Source of the DNA: Treponema sp. UBA3813
Lineage (GTDB): Bacteria; Spirochaetota; Spirochaetia; Treponematales; Treponemataceae
Reading direction: 5' to 3' (one strand)
DNA: 64,000 bases
Assembly (NCBI RefSeq): GCF_002368605.1
Contig: NZ_DFEB01000027.1
Numbering within the stretch: position 1 is the first letter of the stretch; each line of letters opens with the position of its first letter. Made by a program: the position numbers and the translations under genes. Positions 20,320 through 29,333 of the stretch are shown here, piece after piece. The notes below the pieces were generated by a model that was not told the DNA's origin, searched no databases, and saw only the letters and a list, made by a program, of their open reading frames with translations.

Positions 20320-20351
20320 AAAAAAAAAGCCCTGCACTTTAGGCAAGGCTT
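20320..20351 (-). terminator. Intrinsic terminator of tex
   Basis: Stem AAGCCTTGC...GCAGGGCTT followed by a T run on the minus strand. Confidence 0.7.
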
Positions 20352-20369
20352 ACAAAATACGACGCAGAT

Positions 20370-22757
20370 TTATCGTTTCAAAAGGGCTGCGAAGGGGTTG
20401 TAGCTCATTCCGTCGTCGCTGCCAAAATTACGGTTTCCGCCGTTGCGCGGGCGGTCGTTGTTTCGGGCGAAGTCGGGCTTTTTGTCGCCGCTTCCCTTCT
20501 TTACGACTACCACTCGCTTTTTGCCAGTGCCGTCAGAAGAAGGCTTTTTGCCCTCGTTGGTCTGGCCTAAGCGGGTGTGGGCGTCGCTCTTGAGGGAAAG
20601 GCTGATTCTCATCCGGTCTTTGTCGAGCGCAATGATTGTGAATTCTTTTACATCGCCAACTTTGATAACGTCCATCGGATCTGAAACGAATGAATCGCTT
20701 AGCTCAGAAACATGAATCAAAGCCGTCTCGTGCAGACCGATGTCAACGAAAGCGCCGAAGTCAACTACATTCTTGATTTTGCCTGTTACTTTCATGCCCA
20801 CGGTCAAATCCTCGAACTTGACGACGCCTTTCTGCATGATTGGAGCTGGGTAGCCGTCGCGTGGGTCGCGGTTTGGCTTTCCAAGCTCTTCGATGATGTC
20901 GTTCAGCGTTGTTTCGCCAACATTGTATTTTTCGCAGAGACTTTTCTTCAAATCAGCAGGAACCTGTTTTCCTTCTTTTACATAAGAAAGAACCTCGCGG
21001 GCGACATCGTAATTTTCCGGGTGAACCCAGGTGTTGTCCAAGGGGTCAGAGCTTTCGGCGATTTTCAAGAATCCCGCGCACTGCTCAAAGGCTTTAGGCC
21101 CAAGCCCCGGAACTTTTTTAAGCTCTTCACGGCTGGTGATTTTGCCGTTCTGGTCTCGGTAAGCGACGATTTTCTTTGCTGTGCTCATGTTGATGCCCGA
21201 AACATATTTCAGGAGCATGTAGCTTGCCGTGTTCAGGTTTACGCCTACCTGGTTAACGACAGAGCCGACTACTTCATCAAGCTGCTCGGCAAGTTTTTTC
21301 TGATTTACATCGTGCTGATAAAGGCCGACACCGATTGCCTTGGGGTCGATTTTAACCAGTTCTGCCAGAGGATCCTGCAGGCGGCGGCCCATTGAGATTG
21401 CTCCACGGATTGTAAGGTCAAGCTCAGGGAATTCTTCGGTTGCCACAGGGCTTGCTGAATATACGGAAGCACCAGATTCATCTACGACTGTGTATTTTAC
21501 ATCGCTGTCAGCATAGTTTTCGCTGATGACTTTTGAAACCAAAGCCTGAACTTCCGGGCTTCCTGTTCCGTTACCAACGGCCACGACCTGAATGTCATAT
21601 TTGTCGATTGCCTCATTCAAGAGATTGTAAGCCTCGTCTGCCTGCTGAACCTGATAAATCTTAAAGTAGCCCAGGTATTTTCCTGTTTCGTCCAAAGCGG
21701 CACATTTTGTACCAGTGCGGATACCAGGGTCGATTCCCAAAACTCGGCTTCCCTTGATTGGCTGGGTCATCAAAAGGTTCTTGAGGTTTTCTGAGAAGAT
21801 TCCGATTCCGTGGTCGTCAGCCTCGTCAGTCTCGTCACTGCGGATTTCGCGGACGACAGCAGGGCTGAGAAGACGAACAAGGCCGTCCTCGATTGCCTCA
21901 GAGTGATATTTATTTGAGATTTTTACCCGCTTCTGCAAGAGGGCAACCGCGTCGTCCACAGGAACATCAATCGTAACGCTCAAAGCACCCTCGCGCTCGG
22001 CACGGTTGATTGCCAAAATGCGGTGGGGCTTAACCTGATTCAGCGGCTCTGAGTAATCCCAGTACATTTTGTAGGTAGAAGTGTTCTCGGCCACAGTCGC
22101 GTCCTGGCCTTCGGGAACGATTCCCTTTGTCTGGATTGTGCCCGATCTCATGTAAAGGTCGTGAACGGCAGAGCGGTTGTCTGTATCTTGGCTTGTTCGC
22201 TCAGCGATGATGTCTTTTGCTCCGTCGATTGCGTCTTTTGCACTCTCAACATTGAGGGCTGCATCCTCGTTGTCGGTTTTGATGTATTTTTCGGCCTCAG
22301 CCTCAACCGCAGCGTCATCGTTCTCGCCAATGATGAAATCTGCCAGCCCTTCCAGCCCCTTTTCGGCTGCCACCATACCTCTTGTCTTCTTCTTCTTTTT
22401 GAATGGTGCCCACAAGTCCTCAAGCTCGGTGAGGGTTTTTGCGTTCATTGCGGCATTGTAAAGGGATTCTGTGAGTTTTCCCTGACCAAAAATGCCACGC
22501 ACGATTTCGAGGCGGCGCTCTTCAAGATTTTTATATGATTTGAACAGGTGGTCGCAATCAGTGACCTGGACTTCGTTCAAGTTGTCATGCTTTTCTTTGC
22601 GGTAACGAGAAATGAAAGGGATTGTACATCCTTCATTCACCAAACTGATAACTGCGCTGACCTGGCTAACGCGAATGTTGAGCTCTTCAGCGATTCTTTT
22701 CATGATTTCGACTTCGTTCACTACGAGGGCGTCGATTGATTCCTGTGTAAATTCCAT
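20370..22757 (-). CDS. tex: Tex family RNA-binding transcription accessory protein
   Basis: TIPFISRYRKE, GIDPGIRTGTK, ESGASVYSAS, RRLQDPLAELVKIDPK, HhH motifs and a C-terminal S1 domain (NVVDFGAFVDIG). Confidence 0.95.
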   Translation of the reverse strand: MEFTQESIDALVVNEVEIMKRIAEELNIRVSQVSAVISLVNEGCTIPFISRYRKEKHDNLNEVQVTDCDHLFKSYKNLEERRLEIVRGIFGQGKLTESLYNAAMNAKTLTELEDLWAPFKKKKKTRGMVAAEKGLEGLADFIIGENDDAAVEAEAEKYIKTDNEDAALNVESAKDAIDGAKDIIAERTSQDTDNRSAVHDLYMRSGTIQTKGIVPEGQDATVAENTSTYKMYWDYSEPLNQVKPHRILAINRAEREGALSVTIDVPVDDAVALLQKRVKISNKYHSEAIEDGLVRLLSPAVVREIRSDETDEADDHGIGIFSENLKNLLMTQPIKGSRVLGIDPGIRTGTKCAALDETGKYLGYFKIYQVQQADEAYNLLNEAIDKYDIQVVAVGNGTGSPEVQALVSKVISENYADSDVKYTVVDESGASVYSASPVATEEFPELDLTIRGAISMGRRLQDPLAELVKIDPKAIGVGLYQHDVNQKKLAEQLDEVVGSVVNQVGVNLNTASYMLLKYVSGINMSTAKKIVAYRDQNGKITSREELKKVPGLGPKAFEQCAGFLKIAESSDPLDNTWVHPENYDVAREVLSYVKEGKQVPADLKKSLCEKYNVGETTLNDIIEELGKPNRDPRDGYPAPIMQKGVVKFEDLTVGMKVTGKIKNVVDFGAFVDIGLHETALIHVSELSDSFVSDPMDVIKVGDVKEFTIIALDKDRMRISLSLKSDAHTRLGQTNEGKKPSSDGTGKKRVVVVKKGSGDKKPDFARNNDRPRNGGNRNFGSDDGMSYNPFAALLKR

Positions 22758-22780
22758 AGTGAAAGTATTCTACTGAAAAA

Positions 22781-22809
22781 AGATTGTCGGGTCAAAGCCC
22801 GACAATAAC
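22781..22809. repeat. REP-like palindrome AGATTGTCGGG-TCAAAG-CCCGACAATAAC
   Basis: Perfect 9-bp stem ATTGTCGGG/CCCGACAAT; a related copy lies at 41334-41362. Confidence 0.7.
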
Positions 22810-22819
22810 AATTTTGGGG

Positions 22820-22848
22820 CAAAAAAAAGCTGCCCTTTTCGGGCAGCC
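22820..22848 (-). terminator. Intrinsic terminator of the small lipoprotein gene
   Basis: GCTGCCC-GAAAA-GGGCAGC followed by T8 on the minus strand. Confidence 0.85.
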
Positions 22849-22874
22849 GGTTTAATCAAGCTGTTTTAGTTTGA

Positions 22875-23045
22875 TTAGTTTGCAGCAGGTGCTTCTGCAG
22901 GAGCTTCCTCAGCTGGAGCTTCAACTGTCTCTTCAACAGCAGGAGCCTCTGCCTCAGCAGCTTTAGCTGTAGAACCACAGCTCATAGCAACAGCAGCAAA
23001 TAAAGCGATAGATGCAACAGCAGCAATTTTTGTTGTCTTTTTCAT
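22875..23045 (-). CDS. Small Ala/Glu/Pro-rich lipoprotein, 56 aa (below the ORF-track cutoff)
   Basis: MKKTTKIAAVASIALFAAVAMSCGSTAKAAEAEAPAVEETVEAPAEEAPAEAPAAN*; SD AAGGAG, lipobox AMSC and its own terminator. Confidence 0.88.
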   Translation of the reverse strand: MKKTTKIAAVASIALFAAVAMSCGSTAKAAEAEAPAVEETVEAPAEEAPAEAPAAN

Positions 23046-23100
23046 ACAAATCTCCTTTTCTTGAAAAATTAAGTTATATTACATCTTCTGATAAGATAAA

Positions 23101-24021
23101 TCAATCCCCATCAAAGTTATAATATCCGGCATCATACAAATCGTCATCGCTCATATATTGGCGGAGATTTTTACGAGCCTCGCCGAACTTAAAGCGCATA
23201 AGTGATTTTGCCTTGTCGCTTGTCATCTGGTAAATCCGCTCAAGAAGTCGTGGCTGAATATCGCTCTCAACCCCCTGCTGCCCCATAGAATTTGAAAATA
23301 CGAATACATTAAGCATAACGCCGTTCTTCATTCGCTGCATGACAAGAATAGCATCACTGATAAAATGCAATCCGTTGACATTTATGAGCACTTTCGGAAT
23401 TTTTTCGTAGAGCTGAACATCAAGCGTCTTTTCGAAAATAGCAGAAAAATGGCTGAGACTGATATCGAGGATGCTACCCTTAATCTGACCGTGTTTGGTG
23501 ACAAAACTCACGCGGCTTTTGGTGTCACAGATTGCACGGATATTTTTTCGGCGACCGCAAGCCTGATTCGCATACATAACCTTGTCGATAAGAGCGAAAT
23601 TCTTTGCCTTTTGGTACTCAAGGGAAATACAGCCACACTGGATTCCCACATCAAAAAGGTAATATTTTTCCAGCTTTTTTTTATCTTCTTCACTTTGGCG
23701 CTTTGCATAAAGCACGCCTATCAAAATCCTTCCAGTGTATTTTTCCTGCAATTCTTTGATATATTTCTCCCATGAAATACCAGGAACAGGCATGTCGATA
23801 TAGAAGAAAAGAATTGAATCAGTGAAAGTCTCGATGATGACCTCGACCTTCGCCTTTAGCGGACAGTAGCGGTCATCACCAATAATATAAGTCTCGTAAC
23901 CGCGGGCCATATACTCTTCCAGATAATTCTCTGGCAAGAGCGTCGCGTCGGGACAAATAAAAAAAGTCTTTCGTCCCTCAATAATATGTTCCTGCTGTTC
24001 ATCTTTGTCGATTACTGCCAT
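23101..24021 (-). CDS. PilZ-domain protein with a receiver-like N-terminus
   Basis: RRKNIR (RxxxR) followed by DISLSH (variant of DxSxxG); SD AAGGAG. Confidence 0.7.
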   Translation of the reverse strand: MAVIDKDEQQEHIIEGRKTFFICPDATLLPENYLEEYMARGYETYIIGDDRYCPLKAKVEVIIETFTDSILFFYIDMPVPGISWEKYIKELQEKYTGRILIGVLYAKRQSEEDKKKLEKYYLFDVGIQCGCISLEYQKAKNFALIDKVMYANQACGRRKNIRAICDTKSRVSFVTKHGQIKGSILDISLSHFSAIFEKTLDVQLYEKIPKVLINVNGLHFISDAILVMQRMKNGVMLNVFVFSNSMGQQGVESDIQPRLLERIYQMTSDKAKSLMRFKFGEARKNLRQYMSDDDLYDAGYYNFDGD

Positions 24022-24036
24022 ATATATCTCTCCTTA

Positions 24037-25092
24037 TTACAAGTCTTCAATCCGTCTGCCAGTATAATGCAAAATCAAGGCTATGGTTCGCGCCGCAGTG
24101 AGAAGTAAGTCAGCATCAGAGTATTGCAACAACCTGCCGTCGGTTTCTGTGCCAGTCATATCAAGACGAAGCATACCATATATTTCATCCCGATATTCTA
24201 TTTCTGCTATACAGCTTGAAGTTATTTCCTGTTCCTCAAGCAATTCGTACAATTCGTTCTTTTTTGCCTTTAACAAATTGCCGATTCCATCCATATATAA
24301 GACACCAGTGACAGGATTCGTACTGTTCTTAATCAATTCCGTAGGAATAAGGCGGAAATCTTTTGTCCGTGATCTTTGATGTATTTTCTGAAAGAGTATT
24401 TGAGAATCAGTCTGAATACAAACATGGTCAATTTCAAAATAAGAGCTGATAAAATTAATGAAATTTTGGATTCCGCTCTTTAAATCATCGCTGGCCGTGA
24501 GAAATTTAAGGATATTGGAATGAAGGTTGAGGGAACCGACCGCCTTTTGCTTTTCGCTTTTGGGAACAATGCTCGCGTGTTTTTCGGGAAGATAAATGAT
24601 AAAACAGTTGCGCCCCTTTGTCTTTCCCCGGTACAATGCCTTTTCTGCACATGAAAGCAAATCATCATAAGATGTGGCATTTTCCGGAAAGCGGTCAAGA
24701 CCAATCGTTACGGTAATAGTCTGTGTTCCGATATCGGGCAATTCAATTTCGTTAACTTTTACGAGAATTGTGTGGCAGATATTCCAAATTTCGTCGTAGA
24801 CAGTGATGTCTTTGAGAATAATCGAAAATTCATCCCCCTTATTGCGGGCAAGAACCCCCTTGTCTCCAAGAATGGATTTTATTGTATTCGCAATATCGTA
24901 GAGAACTTTATTCCCACCTTCATGACCGAAAGCATCGTTTATATAAGTGAAATTATCGACATCAATAAGTGCAAAACTGAATGGTGTTTTTTCACGAATC
25001 AGGTGATTCGCGTAGGAAGATATTGTACTCTGAGCGTAAACACCTGTCACAGGGTCTGTTTTTATTTCGTTTTCCCTAAAGAAATTATCCAT
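24037..25092 (-). CDS. N-terminal GGDEF domain (variant KGDEF) plus C-terminal GAF-like domain
   Basis: DPVTGVY, DVDNFTYINDAFGHEGGN, ARNKGDEF and AEKALYRGKTKGRN. Confidence 0.85.
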   Translation of the reverse strand: MDNFFRENEIKTDPVTGVYAQSTISSYANHLIREKTPFSFALIDVDNFTYINDAFGHEGGNKVLYDIANTIKSILGDKGVLARNKGDEFSIILKDITVYDEIWNICHTILVKVNEIELPDIGTQTITVTIGLDRFPENATSYDDLLSCAEKALYRGKTKGRNCFIIYLPEKHASIVPKSEKQKAVGSLNLHSNILKFLTASDDLKSGIQNFINFISSYFEIDHVCIQTDSQILFQKIHQRSRTKDFRLIPTELIKNSTNPVTGVLYMDGIGNLLKAKKNELYELLEEQEITSSCIAEIEYRDEIYGMLRLDMTGTETDGRLLQYSDADLLLTAARTIALILHYTGRRIEDL

Positions 25093-25150
25093 AGTATCTT
25101 ATTATACAACAAAAATGCATAAGTTTAAAACAAATTTATAAATTTTAAAC

Positions 25151-25176
25151 AAAAAACAGGCTTCCGAAGAAGCCTG
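25151..25176 (-). terminator. Intrinsic terminator after the smaller pectinesterase gene
   Basis: CAGGCTTC-TTCG-GAAGCCTG followed by T6 on the minus strand. Confidence 0.85.
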
Positions 25177-25200
25177 CATGAAAATCAAGTGGATTAAGTT

Positions 25201-27519
25201 TTACTTGCGTTTTCCAGAAATTGTGATTGTAGCGACAGTCGGAGCCTTTCCGGCAGCGATTGCGCACTCACCGTTTCCGTCCAAGCCGTAAAGAACGACA
25301 CGAATGTTTGCAGTCTCGCCCTTCTTGATTGAGTAGGGTTTTTCCAAATCATAAGTCTTTTTGACAGAACGAGCCGCACGAGAAGTGTCAGTCGCAAGTT
25401 CTGTTTTCTTAGAACCTATGATTCCCTGGAAGATTACAGCAACATTGCTAGTTCCATGGTTTCCGAAAGCAGCGTCGATGCTTGTGATTTCGAGATTATC
25501 GAGAGCGGTGATCGGGAAGTCAACATAAAGAGTATCCTTTCCGGTAATAGTTCCAGAATAGCCTGTATATGTGATTCCGCCCTTTGCGAATTCTGCATTG
25601 ACTTTTGAGCCATTATATTTCCATGTTCCTGGTGAAGGAATTGCCGTGTTAGCTTTTGCAAGCTCTTCGTTGTCACTTGTACCAGCGAGAGTATTGCTTG
25701 CGTCAAGACTGTTGAGCCATGAAAGACCAACGGCATTAGGATCTGGTTTAGAAACCTTGAGTTTGAATTCAGCAGAGACAGCCTTTTCATCTTTTGCCGT
25801 AACCTTGACGATGATGTCTTTGTCTTCTTTTACATCTGCGGCAACGAGATAGCCTGTTGAATCGATTGTAGCTACGCTTGGGTCAGAGACAGACCATTCA
25901 TAATCAGCATTTGTCGGACGAGGAGGAGTGATTTTTGCAGAGAACTGCAAGCCCTTTCGGCCGTAAACCATCTCAGCGTTATCTTCAGAAGCAACAGCGA
26001 TTGAAGTCATCGGAATGAATTCTACAACTTTGTCAGACTCAACCGCAATCTTAGCGATTGTAGTTTTAGAAGATGCCGTGATAGTGATTGTAGAAGCACC
26101 CTCGTAAACGACATAAGCTTTTTCTGCATATTTAGTTGCAGAACCAGTGTTGAAGTCGAAGAAAGCCTCACCCTGATTGCTAGACTTGATTGTACCGTTT
26201 CCAGCCAAACAACCTGTTACGAAGACAACAGATTTTCCTTTAACCGGGAAAGTAATTTTACTTCCTTCAAATCCTACGAGCTTATCACCCTCAACATTGA
26301 AACCTTCGAGGGTAATGTCTTTGTTCTGCTTTGTATCGCTGAAAGTGTATGTGGTGCGGCTTGCCTTTTCTTCGCCAGGAAGAAGTGATTTTGAAGAATC
26401 TTTTGAAACCTTCCAGCCGTGTGAAGAAGCGAGTTTTTTGACATCCCAGTAAGACTCAATGTCTTTTTTGTATTTGAGAGTTGCCAAATCATAGTAACGG
26501 TTGAGAATTGCGTCTCGTCCGCTGAATTCTTTTGAAACGGCTTCTTCTGTAAGAATGTCTTTGCGACCGTCAAGCTTTACGCCGATAGCGTCTGCAGTGG
26601 CACGGTCAATTTTCCATCCGATGATTGTCTGAGGAATTCCGCTTGCTGTGAGCGGTGAGCCTTTCCAAAGGCCAGCCTCAACCTTTCCGCTGGCAATTGT
26701 GTCATTGATATATGCAACCTGATTGTAGTAACCAGAATTCCACGGAGTTCGTGCGAGGAAAGTTTTTTCGCCTTCCTGAGAGCTGATGCTTGAATTGTAG
26801 ATTACGAGACCTTTTGCAGCCGCATTGCCCTTGTCCATACGAGGAGCACCGATATAAGAAGTCGGGTCTGTGTGTTTTGCGTCGAAAATAGAAACGATTT
26901 CACATTCCTCAAACAAGGCAACCTTTCCACTGTATTCCATCCAAATGAAGTCTGTGTCACCCTCAACATAACAGTTGTAGAACCAAGATTTACCTGTCAT
27001 GCGGAGTGTATCCTGTGTTGATTTGAACGAACAGTTGTAAGCGGCGAGCGTACCTGTTGAGTCGAAACCGATTGTCTCTGCCTGAGTGTTAGAGCCTTTT
27101 ACCGAACCACGGACGAATGTATTGTGAACGGCAAGGTTTTCAAGCGTGAGGTTTCCTGTTCCCTCGAATTCAAATACACAACGAGCCTTCTGACCAGTTG
27201 TATATTTTGAAAGAAGAAGAATATCGCCAGTGTTGGCAACAGCAATTTTAACATCCTCACCGTATTTTGCACTTGTACATCCAGAAAGCGTGATGTCGGC
27301 AGGACCTTTGTAATAGAGAGCTTCTTCGTAAGTTCCCTGTGGCAAGCGAATAGTGAATTTTCCTTCTTTTTCACCAATCGCATCAAGAGCCTCTTGGATA
27401 GATCCAAAAGTCTGTGTTTTTACTCCAGTTCCCGAAAGAGTGATTTCAGAAACATTTGACTGATGACAGCCCGCAAACAAAGCGCAAGCCGCCACAACAG
27501 CAGCAAACAGTTTTTTCAT
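25201..27519 (-). CDS. Pectin methylesterase (CE8) lipoprotein with an Ig-like (Big_2) and extra C-terminal domains
   Basis: Lipobox LFAGC; SIQEALD, GTYEE, TQAE, STQDTL, EGDTDFIW and LARTPW; WSVSDPSVATIDSTG Ig module. Confidence 0.88.
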   Translation of the reverse strand: MKKLFAAVVAACALFAGCHQSNVSEITLSGTGVKTQTFGSIQEALDAIGEKEGKFTIRLPQGTYEEALYYKGPADITLSGCTSAKYGEDVKIAVANTGDILLLSKYTTGQKARCVFEFEGTGNLTLENLAVHNTFVRGSVKGSNTQAETIGFDSTGTLAAYNCSFKSTQDTLRMTGKSWFYNCYVEGDTDFIWMEYSGKVALFEECEIVSIFDAKHTDPTSYIGAPRMDKGNAAAKGLVIYNSSISSQEGEKTFLARTPWNSGYYNQVAYINDTIASGKVEAGLWKGSPLTASGIPQTIIGWKIDRATADAIGVKLDGRKDILTEEAVSKEFSGRDAILNRYYDLATLKYKKDIESYWDVKKLASSHGWKVSKDSSKSLLPGEEKASRTTYTFSDTKQNKDITLEGFNVEGDKLVGFEGSKITFPVKGKSVVFVTGCLAGNGTIKSSNQGEAFFDFNTGSATKYAEKAYVVYEGASTITITASSKTTIAKIAVESDKVVEFIPMTSIAVASEDNAEMVYGRKGLQFSAKITPPRPTNADYEWSVSDPSVATIDSTGYLVAADVKEDKDIIVKVTAKDEKAVSAEFKLKVSKPDPNAVGLSWLNSLDASNTLAGTSDNEELAKANTAIPSPGTWKYNGSKVNAEFAKGGITYTGYSGTITGKDTLYVDFPITALDNLEITSIDAAFGNHGTSNVAVIFQGIIGSKKTELATDTSRAARSVKKTYDLEKPYSIKKGETANIRVVLYGLDGNGECAIAAGKAPTVATITISGKRK

Positions 27520-27741
27520 TAAAAAAATCCTCCAATTTTAATGATTTTTTATTATATACCCTTATTATAGAAGAAAGATATGGAGAATTAAAACAAGAAT
27601 TTGATTTTCACTGACAAAAAATAACATACAGGCACAGAAAAAAACCAAAATATAACAAAAAATTATAATCATCCGTTGCCGAAAAACAAGATTTTTTTTC
27701 TATATAAAGATTATAGATTTAGAAAAGCCAAGGAGTAAAAA

Positions 27742-28734
27742 ATGCAAAATCGTGTCCTCAGACCTTCCCCAACAGCCCTTCTGAACCCAAGATGTGACGC
27801 ATCGTTCAAGGCTATGTTCACGCAGAATACACAAGAATCCAATCTTGCATTAAAAGACTTCATATCCACTTTATTAAACAGGAAAATCAGCAACCTCGCC
27901 CTTATCCCGAATGAACCGCCGATTGATATGCTTGGAGAAATGCAGATGAGTTTTGATGTGGGCATAACTTTCGATGACGGGGAAAGAGCTGACCTTGAGA
28001 TGCAAAGCCGTTTACAAAAATATGATTATGCGACACGAGCTGAAATTCAAGCTGCCCGCCTGCTTAATGTAAATTCCCGCAGAGGCGACAATTGGACTTC
28101 CCCGTCAGCCTATCAGATTTCCGTGCTGAATTTCGAGTTTGACAATAATGACAAGTCACCACTTGCGTGGTATACTATGAGAAAAGAAAGCGGAGAGCAG
28201 CTCGCGGGGAAACTCAACATTATTTTTTTTGACTTGATTAAAATTCGCAAAATGTTTGGAACTTCCGTCGAGAAGCTTACAAAACTTCAAAAATGGGGAT
28301 TATTTCTTTCCTATGCGGACAGCGAAAAACACAGGGATTATATCAAAAAACTGATAGATTCCGAGGATGGGCTTATGAACGCAAATGCAGCACTAAACAT
28401 GGTCAGTCAAGATGACATCAATTGGGCAATAGAAAATTCCATTTTTAAAGCACAGCGAGACTACAACTCAAACATGCAATATGCCGAAAAAACAGGCATG
28501 GAACGCGGTCTCGCAAAAGGAATGAAGCAGGGTATGAAGCAGGGTATGAAGCAGGGTATGAAGCAGGGGCTAAAACAAGGAATTGAACAAGGCTTAATAA
28601 AAGGTGCCCGCCAAAAAGCCATTGAAGCAGCGCAAAACTTTCTGAGGATGGGTTTGTCGCCAGAACAAGTGGCGCAAGGCACAGGAATGACTACAAAAGA
28701 AGTCCTTGCCCTAAAAAGCAAACTTGACGCATAA
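27742..28734 (+). CDS. Rpn family / PD-(D/E)XK nuclease (putative transposase family)
   Basis: PRCDASFKAMF, FDV...DLEMQ, KLQKWGLFL, (GMKQ)n linker and a C-terminal HTH-like GLSPEQVAQGTG; SD AAGGAG. Confidence 0.88.
   Translation: MQNRVLRPSPTALLNPRCDASFKAMFTQNTQESNLALKDFISTLLNRKISNLALIPNEPPIDMLGEMQMSFDVGITFDDGERADLEMQSRLQKYDYATRAEIQAARLLNVNSRRGDNWTSPSAYQISVLNFEFDNNDKSPLAWYTMRKESGEQLAGKLNIIFFDLIKIRKMFGTSVEKLTKLQKWGLFLSYADSEKHRDYIKKLIDSEDGLMNANAALNMVSQDDINWAIENSIFKAQRDYNSNMQYAEKTGMERGLAKGMKQGMKQGMKQGMKQGLKQGIEQGLIKGARQKAIEAAQNFLRMGLSPEQVAQGTGMTTKEVLALKSKLDA
28522..28569 (+). repeat. 12-bp tandem repeat ATGAAGCAGGGT x4 (encodes MKQG) inside the Rpn gene
   Basis: Read directly from the sequence; the fourth copy ends in G. 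Confidence 0.95.
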
Positions 28735-29001
28735 TTTAGAGCAAGGACACGCGGAAATAATTTTAGTGATACAGAGCCAAAGTTTCAGTTTCTAATGCTT
28801 TGAAGTTCCCATCTTTCAGAAGAAGAACCATTTTCACCCACTTTCCAGAGTTCAATTGTTCTTCAAACCTCAAGGGCATTTTCCAAAAAACACTGACAAC
28901 AAACTCGCCCAAATATTTTTCGTCCCGACGGACACAGTGTTTTTTCTCTGCACCTCCTTCAATATTTCGTGTGAATTATGCAGGATAAAAAAACTTGTAT
29001 A

Positions 29002-29031
29002 TTGACAAGGAAAATATTACTACTATAAAAT
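29002..29031 (+). promoter_or_regulatory. Sigma-70 promoter of the putative toxin mRNA
   Basis: TTGACA (29002-29007) with TATAAA at 16 nt or TAAAAT at 18 nt spacing. Confidence 0.7.
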
Positions 29032-29101
29032 ATACTTATCGGGAAACCAAAGTATAGGGTGGCTTACCTCTCATTCCAAGAAAATGGGAGGACTGCGTAG
29101 C

Positions 29102-29179
29102 ATGAATAAGTATGAAATTGCGATGCTCGTCATTGCGGCTTTGACTTTGATTGTTACGGCACTGAACCTCTTCAAATAA
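29102..29179 (+). CDS. 25-aa hydrophobic peptide, putative type I (holin-like) toxin
   Basis: MNKYEIAMLVIAALTLIVTALNLFK*: one TM helix with a Lys C-terminus. Its SD GGGAGG lies inside the hairpin CCTCTCATT/AATGGGAGG. Confidence 0.75.
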   Translation: MNKYEIAMLVIAALTLIVTALNLFK

Positions 29180-29184
29180 TTGAA

Positions 29185-29278
29185 AAAGGACAGAAAAAGA
29201 GCCTACCCAGTCCGGTAAACTTTGAGTAGGCTTATATGAACCGAAAGAGGCGAGCCACAATACCGCGGTTTCCCTCTG
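29185..29278 (-). ncRNA. Putative antisense antitoxin RNA (~90 nt)
   Basis: Minus-strand promoter TTGACT-16-TATCAT (29312-29285) and terminator AGCCTACTCA...TGGGTAGGCT-CTTTTT; overlaps the 3' UTR of the peptide mRNA. Ends are estimated. Confidence 0.6.
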
Positions 29279-29333
29279 TGTTTTATGATACTATATTTCT
29301 GCAAAAAGTCAATATTTAGGAATTGACGAAAAT

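Noticed and set aside
20712-21395. 227-aa antisense ORF inside tex, and similar ones such as 60647-61330, 7900-8544 and 13824-14387
   Set aside because: They lie wholly within well-supported genes, show no motifs, and are expected from codon bias.
28522-28569. Tandem repeats as a possible CRISPR array
   Set aside because: No unique spacers and no cas genes; this is the usual Rpn coding repeat.
27742-28734. Rpn gene as an IS element
   Set aside because: I found no terminal inverted repeats or target duplication, and transposition is not established for this family.
28740-28990. Short ORFs after rpn (28800-28988 plus, and a 38-aa minus frame MPLRFEEQ...)
   Set aside because: No SD and start at a sensible spacing and no recognisable motif. 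It may be a gene remnant, but I cannot support that.
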